Below are positions 39,597 to 48,587 of a stretch of DNA of 64,000 bases, in pieces. Position 1 is the stretch's first letter, and every line of letters begins with the position of its first letter. Under the pieces are notes generated by a model that was not told where the DNA came from, made no database searches, and was given only the letters and a program-made list of their open reading frames with translations. The position numbers and the translations under genes are program-made. The stretch is from the IMG/VR virus record IMGVR_UViG_3300037882_002282, positions 5,834 through 69,833 of that record. The stretch is one strand, 5' to 3'. The DNA is from a virus.

Positions 39597-40648
39597 ACTA
39601 GCAAGCCATTAACTTGTTCTTGTAGAATTTTAAGCCATTGTGGGTTAGCTCTTAAACCGTCTGATAGATTATTTTCGCCCTGAAACCTTGCTTTTTTCAT
39701 ACCTTCATCATCCCAATCACTAGCGTCTAGTAAGTCAAGATGATCCTTCATAAAGTCGCAAGTATACCAAGCACCCTTTTTCTTGATTAGTTGACAAAGA
39801 ATGCCTAGTTGGGTTAGCTCCATACACTCATCGATACCATAACCAAAACGTAAGTAACTATCTACTTTAAGCCCTGGAACACCCAATGCTGAGTTGATTA
39901 CATCCCATGTAACTACTTGTCCGATAGGAGTTTCTGAGTCAGAGTTAGTCCAGAACTTAAAGTTTTTGATTCGTAGTTTTACATCGCTTTGATACTTGAC
40001 GTAATTACCTCCATCTTCGTAACTAGCTACTCCATATCCAGAAGTGTTAGCAATCATATGTTGCATAACAATTAAGATGTTATTATTTACTGGAATTACA
40101 GGGCCAACTTTACGAAAGAAAAGAGATAAGAGTTTGGGCGTAGAAGCACGGATTTGTGAGGACATTTCGCCCGTCAATTCTTTCTCGGGGCAGATAGCAG
40201 ACAACGAATCAATAATAACCACCGACTTGGGATGGGTCTTAATGATCTTTTCTGCAATGGTAAGATAGTCTTCACCAGTCAGAATTTTATTTTCATCTGA
40301 TCTGATAGGTGTAAACTTATCTATATTTAGATGATGGGTTCCCTGAAGGTTCATTGCCTTCATACGCCCCTCAACATCTAGATAATAGACGTGTCTGGAA
40401 CCATATTCTTTTTGCTGGGCTGTTGCAGCAAAATACAATGCCAAAGAGCTTTTTCCGCCCTTGGCTGGTCCAGATATTACAACGGTTGATCCTTCTGGTA
40501 TACCACCAGATAAACCTATGTCTAGTGCTGGTGATACTGGAATAACTTGTTTTGGTTTCTTAATAACAGCCGAAGGGTCTAAGATAATCCCATCACCGTA
40601 ATCGTCTGTAATTTCTGCTAATACTCTATCTAGGTAGTTATCAGCCAT
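39593..40648 (-). CDS. recA: RecA/UvsX recombinase
   Basis: LDIGL.GGIPEG, GPAKGGKS, D.E, IIDS, GG..., GYGID, KKGAWY. Confidence 0.92.
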   Translation of the reverse strand: MADNYLDRVLAEITDDYGDGIILDPSAVIKKPKQVIPVSPALDIGLSGGIPEGSTVVISGPAKGGKSSLALYFAATAQQKEYGSRHVYYLDVEGRMKAMNLQGTHHLNIDKFTPIRSDENKILTGEDYLTIAEKIIKTHPKSVVIIDSLSAICPEKELTGEMSSQIRASTPKLLSLFFRKVGPVIPVNNNILIVMQHMIANTSGYGVASYEDGGNYVKYQSDVKLRIKNFKFWTNSDSETPIGQVVTWDVINSALGVPGLKVDSYLRFGYGIDECMELTQLGILCQLIKKKGAWYTCDFMKDHLDLLDASDWDDEGMKKARFQGENNLSDGLRANPQWLKILQEQVNGLLV

Positions 40649-41063
40649 CTAACTTTCTCAAAGAGTTATTTTTAGTTTTCAGTGTTGCTCTGGGCAACTT
40701 TTCAGTATTGTCTTCTACTTCAACTCTAATAATCGGTAGTTTATACTGAGCTTTAAGATTTTCTTCTGCTAGAAACTTTAATATAAATCCTGCCCTAAGG
40801 GAAGTAATCCACTTGTTTGCTTCTAGAACATTTAATATAACATCAAACTCAAAACTTTTGAGTAATTTGTTAGCATAGCAAACCTGCCCCTGAAAGAATT
40901 TTTTCCATTCAGCGTCTTGCCAAAACCGCCCCTCTAACCTCTGCCCCTTTCTTTTTGCTACATTAATACAAAGCTTTTCTGTTAAGAATTGAGCTTGTGT
41001 AATCCAGCATTCTGGGGCACAGGTCGAGGGATATTTAGACTTGATAGTTCTACTTTTTGCCAC
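40641..41063 (-). CDS. Hypothetical protein
   Basis: Coupled ORF. Confidence 0.55.
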   Translation of the reverse strand: MAKSRTIKSKYPSTCAPECWITQAQFLTEKLCINVAKRKGQRLEGRFWQDAEWKKFFQGQVCYANKLLKSFEFDVILNVLEANKWITSLRAGFILKFLAEENLKAQYKLPIIRVEVEDNTEKLPRATLKTKNNSLRKLDG

Positions 41064-41550
41064 GTTTAGCCTTAGTAGTGCATTCCTCTAGATCAATTTC
41101 ATGTTGAATAACTTGTTCGTCTGTGAAACCCTTAATTGGGCGAACGAACTTACCCATAAGCTTCAATCGTTCAGCTTTCTTTTCGTGAAAGAGTTGGCTA
41201 ACTGCGTCACCCTTATCTGAAGCTGCTTTGTTCATTACAGCCACATTTCCATTATCTGGCAACTCTTCTCGTTTACCAATAGCGGAATAACCAATTTGGT
41301 GTTTGCTTCTAGGGCTAACAGGATTTACTGGGCCACTAGTAGTGGGAAGTGGAGATTCGTCCACAACCTCAGTAGTCTTTTCAGCTACTCCTAGATGTTT
41401 GTTAATCGCGTTAACCGATCTACCAAGCTGTTTTCCAATTTCTTCTGCTGATAGACCTTGTGATGATAATTGACCAATTTGATTAATTTCGTCTGCTGAT
41501 AGTCTACCACGTTTAACAGAACCAGTAATAACTTTAGTTTCAACTGCCAT
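41050..41550 (-). CDS. HTH protein
   Basis: GLSAEEIGKQLGRSVNAINKHL. Confidence 0.6.
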   Translation of the reverse strand: MAVETKVITGSVKRGRLSADEINQIGQLSSQGLSAEEIGKQLGRSVNAINKHLGVAEKTTEVVDESPLPTTSGPVNPVSPRSKHQIGYSAIGKREELPDNGNVAVMNKAASDKGDAVSQLFHEKKAERLKLMGKFVRPIKGFTDEQVIQHEIDLEECTTKAKRGKK

Positions 41551-41797
41551 TATCAGACCTCTCTTTTTTTTGTGTATGAACTAGAATTTTTTCACCATCA
41601 ATCCTCATACTAACGACGATGGATTTAGTTGTTCCAACAATAGAATATTTTCCTTGGAACGCTCGTTCAAAGCTGGTACCAGAACATTTCCAGCACTGAG
41701 CTTGAACTTTAGAAACGTCTTCCGTAACCTTAGTGACGACTACATTTATTAAGCTTGTTCCACAACTGGAACACTTAAGCTTTTCTTGGCTAACCAT
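41540..41797 (-). CDS. Zn-ribbon protein
   Basis: CSSCG...CWKC. Confidence 0.55.
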   Translation of the reverse strand: MVSQEKLKCSSCGTSLINVVVTKVTEDVSKVQAQCWKCSGTSFERAFQGKYSIVGTTKSIVVSMRIDGEKILVHTQKKERSDNGS

Positions 41798-41997
41798 TTA
41801 GAATAAGCCTCTTTTAGTTCTCCCATTAGTTCCCTTGTCTGTTGCTTGCATTCTTCTTCTGAATCAGCTTCAATAATAAAGATAGAACTATCTCTATCAA
41901 CAATTTCGCCCGAAACAAAACCTTGTGCTGTTTTTGGACGAACCAACAGTCTCACCAATATAGAACCATGATGCGGGTATAATTGTTTGCTATACAT
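41749..41997 (-). CDS. Hypothetical protein
   Basis: ORF; ATG at 41997. Confidence 0.45.
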   Translation of the reverse strand: MYSKQLYPHHGSILVRLLVRPKTAQGFVSGEIVDRDSSIFIIEADSEEECKQQTRELMGELKEAYSKWLAKKSLSVPVVEQA

Positions 41998-41999
41998 TA

Positions 42000-42155
42000 T
42001 TACCAGAGCCAATCCTTGTTGTTATTTTCTTTTTTCTTGTTCTTCTCTTTTCGATATTCATCAAGTAACTCATCTATCTCCCTAAACTTAGCCTCATAAT
42101 CTCGCTCTTTACTTTCGAGATATTTAACTCTTTGCTCAAGCTCTAGGGTAGTCAT
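42000..42155 (-). CDS. Small coiled-coil protein (51 aa, MTTLELEQRV...)
   Basis: Read manually; ATGA-coupled. Confidence 0.5.
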   Translation of the reverse strand: MTTLELEQRVKYLESKERDYEAKFREIDELLDEYRKEKNKKKENNNKDWLW

Positions 42156-42541
42156 AGTTTACCTGTTATGATATAATCGATTTGTTTCTGCTGAGACAAG
42201 TTAGCCAAACCCTTTGGAGGCTTACCCCAAGGTGGATCAGGCTTAGGTTTTTCTTCGGGGCGAATTTTATCTTTCTGTTCTTGAGTTAACTTGCTTGTGT
42301 TAGCATCAGCTAATGAGCCAACTGTCTTGAACTGTTGTTTAAAATATGGGGCTTTGGTAATAATTTTATGCAACTTGTGTTTACGACAGACTTTACATCG
42401 TTTTAGTGGCTTGTCGTGATAGCCCTGAACAATCTCAAAGGTATTACCACAGCCACCCTCATCGGGGTTGCATTCGTATTGGTAGAGAGGGATTGTGTCA
42501 TCTCCTATATAGGTCGTCTGGCCAGAGAATTCTCGCCCCAC
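42152..42541 (-). CDS. FmdB-family zinc-ribbon protein
   Basis: PLYQYEC...CG..FE.......PL..C..C; start uncertain. Confidence 0.75.
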   Translation of the reverse strand: MGREFSGQTTYIGDDTIPLYQYECNPDEGGCGNTFEIVQGYHDKPLKRCKVCRKHKLHKIITKAPYFKQQFKTVGSLADANTSKLTQEQKDKIRPEEKPKPDPPWGKPPKGLANLSQQKQIDYIITGKL

Positions 42542-42548
42542 TAAATAA

Positions 42549-43073
42549 TTACACCAAAAAATCTTCCCAGGCGGGCGGAATCTGACGGTTATTATGAAAA
42601 GCTACGATATCTATCATCTTGGGGGCAGTAGGCTTTTTGAGCAGTTTCATGCCCGATTGATCTAAAATTTTGTCCGCTTTCTTGTTATTACATTTGAAGC
42701 AAGCAGTGACAACATTGGTCCAGCAATGATTGTTGTGTCTACCTTTCCACTTACTCTTGGGAATAACGTGGTCACAAGTTAAATCGTCTGAACGAAATTT
42801 TTTACCACAATACTGACAGGTATACTTGTCTCGGGCGAATAAGTTATGATTATTGAGCCTAACTCTACTGAAACTAATTTTTACGTATTTATTTGTTTTG
42901 ATAACGGCTGGGATGGGATACTCATACCCTTTGGTGTCTTTTATTTTTTTATCGTAATATTTAATTACATCAACTGAGTCTTTATTACATAACGAAAGAA
43001 CCATACCACGTTCCCAACGTAAAATACCAACAGGCAGGAAATTTACATTTAATACAAGAACAGGATATTTCAT
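42549..43073 (-). CDS. HNH endonuclease (McrA-like)
   Basis: VLVLN, RDKYTCQYCG, DHVIP.S, W.N.V.AC..CN..K. Confidence 0.9.
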   Translation of the reverse strand: MKYPVLVLNVNFLPVGILRWERGMVLSLCNKDSVDVIKYYDKKIKDTKGYEYPIPAVIKTNKYVKISFSRVRLNNHNLFARDKYTCQYCGKKFRSDDLTCDHVIPKSKWKGRHNNHCWTNVVTACFKCNNKKADKILDQSGMKLLKKPTAPKMIDIVAFHNNRQIPPAWEDFLV

Positions 43074-46000
43074 TTAGAATAAATCGCATTTTCCGCCAGC
43101 ACACGCGATCTCATTAAGTGGTTTAGTATCATCTTTGCTCTCGATAAGTAACTCATAATCAACTTCTTTATATTCTCTACTAAGATCAACAAACTTTTTC
43201 CAGTTATAAACATCTTTGAGGCAATAAGTCATTTGTTTTAGATCGCCCTCAAAATAACGTTCGGCAAACCTAAAAGCTTTGTTTAAAAAATGTAAGTGAG
43301 TACTGTTTGACTCTTTGTTGCCTAAAATGATATCACACGCTGCCCACAAATCGCCCCCAAACGTATTTAATGCGGCCTCAATAATTCCACTACAAAAGAT
43401 GCCACCATCACCATATAGGTTAATAATCTCTTTGGGTGTGAAGACGGCTGTAAATGGAGCTTGTGGATAATCCTTATCTCCACTCTGAGGCAATAGAGAT
43501 ACACCAGTTAGAAATTTCTTATTATGATAAATGAAATCTGCTACAGCATCCCACTCATCTTCTTTGACTACAATAGTGTTGCTTACATTATGATTCAACC
43601 AGGGTTGAACACACAAGTCTCTGTTGGTGCCAGTTAACACCCAGTTTTGTTGTGTTGACACAACAGCTTCTAATAACTTAACTGCTGATACCTGATTTTT
43701 AAGCTTAGCTCCATCTGGCACTTCTACCGTAAAGGAAATAACCCCATCCGTTCCATTAGCACTCCAAACCGAATCCTCACACGCAAACGGGTTTATAGAC
43801 TCGAAGAACTTATATGGAGCTTCGTTCTTGTTAGATTGTACATTACGAATATATCGTTTAGCGTGGTGTGGATGGATGCCACTACTAGTACCTAAAATAC
43901 AACTACTAGTTCCCTCTGGTTTAATACAAGTAGTTCGTGCTGCTTGTCTAATACCAATCTTGGCTGCTATTTCCTTATTTACAGCCTTGACTATTTTAGC
44001 CCCAGCTTTCTGAATCCTCTCATCTAGGGTAATTTCTGGCTTTTCCATAACGCCAGTCATAGATACTCCAATCAAAGCTTCTCGTCTTACAATTCTTTCT
44101 GTTACTTCTCCAAGGTATGGAAATGAGTCAAATCCAGCTTGTAGTGTTCCAATAATAGCAGCAGCTTTACAAGCCTCATAAAAGTCCTCTTCGTTAGTTA
44201 CTTTGGAGCAATTAATCGTGCTAAGATTACACATTTCCCAGCCAGAATTGCCTTGCTCGTCATAACCGTAAAGTCCGATTTCGACACAATTTGATACATC
44301 ACATCCTTGAGTCCAGTATGTATGACTTTTATTATCTACCGTAATATCGAAAACCTCTTCTCTAGAAACTAGCTCAACTTTAATAATGTCATAATTAGTT
44401 TTAGGATTTCTGTTTTCTGGTAGAGAAGATATAATCTTACTAAGTTTCTCGTTTTTGTATGATTGTAAGAATCCAACTATCCGTTGGAACTTGCTAGCAT
44501 CAGTAGAGATATTTAAATCATAACTTTCTTTGCAAACATATTCGCCATTTTCAAACTTAACTTTAGTAGACTTATTTGTTGTAAAGTATGATCTGATACC
44601 AACTGAAGACAACATCATTTGTACGTCTTCAATTAACCCCAACGATGATGACTTTAAGGTTACTCTGTTTCCGCAAATACTACCATTCGCACTGTATAAA
44701 CCACGTAGAAAACCAACAACTTTACCACAATCGCCCGTTAAAAATCTGTTAGGAACTCTACGCTCGTATGTATATGGTAATTCAGAATTGGTAATAGTAG
44801 TTTGAACTTCAAAAGCGGTATCGGATAAACCTGGGCGATATGTTGAAATTAGAGAACTAATTTTGTGATTAAAATAATCTTGGTCATTTTGTCCGATATG
44901 TAGATAAACTAAGTTATTCGACGCTTTGTGAACAGCACCATCTCCAATTACCAATCCGTCAATAATATCTTGTTCACTAACTACACCCATTTCTGGGAAT
45001 AAACCAGGAATAATATCGATAGATTCTGCATTACCAACTTCTACTTTAACTCCATTAGAAACAATACGATGTTGCTCTGTTCCATAAAAAATACCAGCGG
45101 TTGTTGTATATTTATATACGTTTTTAGTACCAGTTGACCATTTGTTTACTACTTGGGTAAACCCTTCCTTACTCCAAATGTAGTCACCAATTTGAACATC
45201 TTTTAATTCTCTAATACCTTTTTTAGTAAGTAATTTAGCCCATCCTGGTTGACAAGGGTTTGTTAAAGTTTCTTTATCTTCGCACCAAAAGAAACCAGGT
45301 TCGCCACAATCTCTGGTAGACTGGATAATCTCTTGGAATTGTTTCTTTGAAACTTCACTTCTTACTAAAACTACAGAATTATTTGATCTACCCCTTTGTG
45401 GATTAGTATAGAACCAATTACCAGTTTTTGCTTTCATCATCTCTTCATCTTCAAGAGAGAATAAGCAAATAGTACTAGACCTGCGAACACCACCAGAAAG
45501 CACTGCATCACTAGCGTGCATGATAATATCATAACAATCAATTGGTCTTAAAATGCCACCATAATCGTTAGCAACATCGTCCAATATGGTTTGAATTTTT
45601 TCTAAAGCTCGTTTAAGAGGTTCTGGGCCTGGAGCGGTTCCACTACAATCGGAAAGGGGGGAACCTTCTGGGCGAATTTCTGAGTAGTCGAAATCTACAA
45701 AAGAATAAGCATACTCAGGAAAGATTGCGTTTTGGGGCGAAAAATAAGATGAGATTAAAACTCCTAGAGCATCACCCCAACCTTCAATACTATCTGGTAC
45801 AACAAACACTTTCTCGTCCCGTATAATTTTACTACGGTGCATTTGTGGAAGTTTGGCAACATGGTGTTTCTGTACGGAAAACCCAGTTCCACAACCGCAC
45901 AACAAAAGAAAAAACGCTTCCTGAAAAAATCTTAATCTATCACAGTATGAAGACGTACAATTATAAATTTTCTCATTGCGTTTTAGAATAGGTCGTCCAC

Positions 46001-46214
46001 CAAATTGCAAGGCTCTTTGCGAGCCGAGAACCCGCTTTTTTGCCATCTGATCGTATGCCCAATTAATATCCTCTTTAAGCTCAGGATATTTCTGGAGCAT
46101 CATATTCCTAATTCTATCTACACTTTCTTTCCATGTTTCTCTACGTTTCTTTTCTTCGTTATATCGGGCATACCTTGAAGTGAAGGTGTATTTTTGTAGC
46201 TCTTTAAGTGACAT
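43074..46214 (-). CDS. nrdJ: Class II (B12-dependent) ribonucleotide reductase with intein
   Basis: RRETW, RALQFGG, YNC, GGVRRS, GEPG, NP-[intein]-CVEI, CNL, TCIKPEGT, C-terminal CAGGKC. Confidence 0.92.
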   Translation of the reverse strand: MSLKELQKYTFTSRYARYNEEKKRRETWKESVDRIRNMMLQKYPELKEDINWAYDQMAKKRVLGSQRALQFGGRPILKRNEKIYNCTSSYCDRLRFFQEAFFLLLCGCGTGFSVQKHHVAKLPQMHRSKIIRDEKVFVVPDSIEGWGDALGVLISSYFSPQNAIFPEYAYSFVDFDYSEIRPEGSPLSDCSGTAPGPEPLKRALEKIQTILDDVANDYGGILRPIDCYDIIMHASDAVLSGGVRRSSTICLFSLEDEEMMKAKTGNWFYTNPQRGRSNNSVVLVRSEVSKKQFQEIIQSTRDCGEPGFFWCEDKETLTNPCQPGWAKLLTKKGIRELKDVQIGDYIWSKEGFTQVVNKWSTGTKNVYKYTTTAGIFYGTEQHRIVSNGVKVEVGNAESIDIIPGLFPEMGVVSEQDIIDGLVIGDGAVHKASNNLVYLHIGQNDQDYFNHKISSLISTYRPGLSDTAFEVQTTITNSELPYTYERRVPNRFLTGDCGKVVGFLRGLYSANGSICGNRVTLKSSSLGLIEDVQMMLSSVGIRSYFTTNKSTKVKFENGEYVCKESYDLNISTDASKFQRIVGFLQSYKNEKLSKIISSLPENRNPKTNYDIIKVELVSREEVFDITVDNKSHTYWTQGCDVSNCVEIGLYGYDEQGNSGWEMCNLSTINCSKVTNEEDFYEACKAAAIIGTLQAGFDSFPYLGEVTERIVRREALIGVSMTGVMEKPEITLDERIQKAGAKIVKAVNKEIAAKIGIRQAARTTCIKPEGTSSCILGTSSGIHPHHAKRYIRNVQSNKNEAPYKFFESINPFACEDSVWSANGTDGVISFTVEVPDGAKLKNQVSAVKLLEAVVSTQQNWVLTGTNRDLCVQPWLNHNVSNTIVVKEDEWDAVADFIYHNKKFLTGVSLLPQSGDKDYPQAPFTAVFTPKEIINLYGDGGIFCSGIIEAALNTFGGDLWAACDIILGNKESNSTHLHFLNKAFRFAERYFEGDLKQMTYCLKDVYNWKKFVDLSREYKEVDYELLIESKDDTKPLNEIACAGGKCDLF
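44289..45254 (-). mobile_element. Intein with LAGLIDADG endonuclease (322 aa) in nrdJ
   Basis: Starts CQPG after NP and ends VFDITV...HTY...VSN before C(+1); motifs GLVIGDG and FLRGLYSANG. Confidence 0.9.
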
Positions 46215-46578
46215 TAGGCTCCTGTTTTTCTAGCTGTTCCTCGGTGCCGAAACTAGCAGAATTTTCCTTAACCTGACCTTCTACCTTTTTCTTTTGTTTT
46301 GGCTTGCCTTTTTTGCGTTGAAACCAATTCCACATTTCGTAGGGAGTTCGGAAACTCTCTTCTTGGCGTTGGAACTTTCCATTAGGGAATAGATGTTTCT
46401 CTTCTGGCTTTACTGGCAACTCCACATAAACGACCATTGAAAAAGGATAGTTGGAGTCAGAGGATTTCTTCTTCTTTTGAGACGATACCTTCTTTATTAC
46501 ACCTTCCTTTTTGGGAACCTTAGGCTTGTATTTTTTCTTTACTCGCTCAACTTGTTTCTTCTTTGGTGTACTACCCAC
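46204..46578 (-). CDS. Lys-rich hypothetical protein
   Basis: Coupled ORF. Confidence 0.5.
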   Translation of the reverse strand: MGSTPKKKQVERVKKKYKPKVPKKEGVIKKVSSQKKKKSSDSNYPFSMVVYVELPVKPEEKHLFPNGKFQRQEESFRTPYEMWNWFQRKKGKPKQKKKVEGQVKENSASFGTEEQLEKQEPNVT

Positions 46579-46891
46579 GGTACTCTTCCTTATAGAACAG
46601 AATTAGTTTTAATACATCATTATTACGCTTATAAAGATAGTAATAGTCCGATCTTATATTAGCAAAGATATTAGGCATTTCCCAGCTTCCATCAACGGGT
46701 GAACTATAAACCATCATTTCTGGTGATTCCGCAACTATCATCTTAGTATTAGAATCATTTACCAAAATATACTTGCCTTTGTATATTTCATGAACATTAT
46801 ATTTTATGTATAGTAGATTATTGGTAATATGATTAAATTTGGTAAGTCCAGTTTTTTTTACTTCACTAAGATATAAAACGTCGTTTATCAC
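46571..46891 (-). CDS. Hypothetical protein
   Basis: Coupled ORF. Confidence 0.45.
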   Translation of the reverse strand: MINDVLYLSEVKKTGLTKFNHITNNLLYIKYNVHEIYKGKYILVNDSNTKMIVAESPEMMVYSSPVDGSWEMPNIFANIRSDYYYLYKRNNDVLKLILFYKEEYRG

Positions 46892-47361
46892 GGTTTCATG
46901 CTACTATATACAGTAGGTTTAGAACTCTTTTTGAAGACGACAACAGCCATAGGTTGGGGCAATGGCCAGGCTGCCCCTGCAAACCTTAACCGTCCCTCAA
47001 TGAATCTAATTTCTGCTGCTTTCATACAAATTCTGTACCACCACTTAACATTGGTTCTGGCGGGCAGAAGTGCTACAATAGTAGTACCAGCCGTTTGGCT
47101 TGCTTCATACGCTTTGGCAATCCAATCTTCCCACGAGAATCCGTCTGAGTTAAATGGAGGATTTAGGAAACCAGTTTTACCAGTCCAATCTTGTTGGAGA
47201 GCATCTTGACTTTCAGAAAAGAAAGTAGAAACCTTCTTATTTTTATCACTAGCTGCTAGGTCAATATCGAAATTAAATTCTTTATCTAGCTTAGAGAATA
47301 AATCTATAGGCGTTTCCCAATCAATCTTAGTTGTCTCGAATTTTGATTTAATGTCGGTCAT
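46888..47361 (-). CDS. dam: Phage DNA N6-adenine methyltransferase (Dam family)
   Basis: WETP..LF..L..EF.F..DLAA, NPPF, LLPART..W, IRFI.GRL.F. Confidence 0.88.
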   Translation of the reverse strand: MTDIKSKFETTKIDWETPIDLFSKLDKEFNFDIDLAASDKNKKVSTFFSESQDALQQDWTGKTGFLNPPFNSDGFSWEDWIAKAYEASQTAGTTIVALLPARTNVKWWYRICMKAAEIRFIEGRLRFAGAAWPLPQPMAVVVFKKSSKPTVYSSMKP

Positions 47362-47395
47362 TATGTTTCCACGATTTGGTGATCTAACTCGTTAC

Positions 47396-47433
47396 AAAAA
47401 AAAGGCCCGCAGTATTCTATAGTACCGCGAGCC
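47396..47433 (-). terminator. Rho-independent terminator
   Basis: GGCTCGCGGTA-loop-TACTGCGGGCC followed by T8. Confidence 0.75.
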
Positions 47434-47595
47434 GTAAAATTCTAGTGGCGATTTGTGTTGATTCCACCACGATTCGGCTTTGAGCCAGCCACCGACCGCC
47501 GATGACTTACATTTTTCGTGATGCTAGTTTAACGCTGAGCCATCGCCACTGTACCCAAGTTGCATAATGAACTTACGGGAATAATCGGCCAGCAA
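47396..47595 (-). ncRNA. Candidate structured ncRNA or cis-regulatory leader
   Basis: GC-rich, ORF-less, bounded by the promoter motif (47602-47609) and a terminator; nested stems AGTGGCGAT/ATCGCCACT, ATCACGA/TCGTGGT, TCGGC/GCCGA. Confidence 0.55.
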
Positions 47596-47601
47596 TAGTA
47601 T

Positions 47602-47609
47602 TATACACC
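47602..47609 (-). promoter_or_regulatory. GGTGTATA promoter-like motif
   Basis: Upstream of the candidate ncRNA. Confidence 0.65.
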
Positions 47610-47620
47610 GTTAGACTATT

Positions 47621-48166
47621 TTAATCTCGCTCAAACTTGAAAATCTTCATTCCAGTCATTTTTAGAAATAACAAAGAGTTGGGGTCTTTGCTTACAGAAG
47701 ATAGCATACTACCTCCGTCACCATTATTTCCATTAGCTGAAAAGTCGTTATAGATAATTTTAGATATGTTAAACGACCAAAGATCAGTTAGACACTGGAA
47801 GCATGGGAAACCAGTGAGATACAGAATTGCCCCAGATTTAGGACGACGCTGACAGTTGAGAATGCAGTTTTTCTCCGCGTGTTTTATCCAAATATATTTA
47901 TCTGGGCGAAGATTGGGAAGATATTGATCTGGTAATCCTCTAGGGAAACTATTATATCCAGTTGATATGATATAATGATTTCTGTCTACTAGAACTGCCC
48001 CAACTTTTGTTTGGGCGTCTTTAGAGCGTAAGGCTACCTGCTCTGCTATATTAAGAAAATATTGGTGCCAATCTAATATGTCTTCATGTTGTTGGCTTTT
48101 TTTCTGTTCTTTGTAGAACTTAACTATTTGGTCAGTTGAGGCAGCTTCTACTTCTATTAGTTTCAT
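47621..48166 (-). CDS. dCMP deaminase
   Basis: RSKD..T.VGAV, TGYN, HAE.N, PC..C. Confidence 0.9.
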   Translation of the reverse strand: MKLIEVEAASTDQIVKFYKEQKKSQQHEDILDWHQYFLNIAEQVALRSKDAQTKVGAVLVDRNHYIISTGYNSFPRGLPDQYLPNLRPDKYIWIKHAEKNCILNCQRRPKSGAILYLTGFPCFQCLTDLWSFNISKIIYNDFSANGNNGDGGSMLSSVSKDPNSLLFLKMTGMKIFKFERD

Positions 48167-48312
48167 ACGTAATCGTCGTTTGAGTTATTTTTAGGGGCGT
48201 TATTATTTTCTATAACAGTATGTCTTTTATTCTTCTTACTGTCGCGTACTTTCTTATAACGCTCTTTATGAGATTTATCGTTACGTTGTTTATTTGTCCA
48301 AGTTCTACCCAT
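48163..48312 (-). CDS. Small basic protein (49 aa, MGRTWTNK...)
   Basis: Read manually; GAGG RBS, ATGA-coupled. Confidence 0.45.
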   Translation of the reverse strand: MGRTWTNKQRNDKSHKERYKKVRDSKKNKRHTVIENNNAPKNNSNDDYV

Positions 48313-48338
48313 TTAAACCCTCGTTAAATCCTCCTCGT

Positions 48339-48587
48339 TCATTTTTTTCTCGTCTTTAAAGGTTTAGGTTGATTACACTTTACTGGAATAACTTCCCATC
48401 CGTAATACTTAAACGGTTCTGGGAGCCTCTTACAATCTAGGTACAAATAAATCTTCCACTCATCTACAGCAACGGCACACCACTTGTACCAATGTTTTCT
48501 ATGGGTCGAAAGTTCGCCCAGCCAAATTTCACTTAAACTTTCTGCGGCACGCTGAATATCTAATCGCTCTGGTTCGTATTCGTTCAT
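48339..48587 (-). CDS. Hypothetical protein
   Basis: Coupled ORF. Confidence 0.5.
   Translation of the reverse strand: MNEYEPERLDIQRAAESLSEIWLGELSTHRKHWYKWCAVAVDEWKIYLYLDCKRLPEPFKYYGWEVIPVKCNQPKPLKTRKK

Noticed and set aside
47434-47595. Cobalamin riboswitch upstream of the nrdJ operon, or tmRNA/SRP
   Set aside because: Lacks GGGAA and B12-box consensus, tRNA-like ends with a tag ORF, and the SRP helix-8 motif
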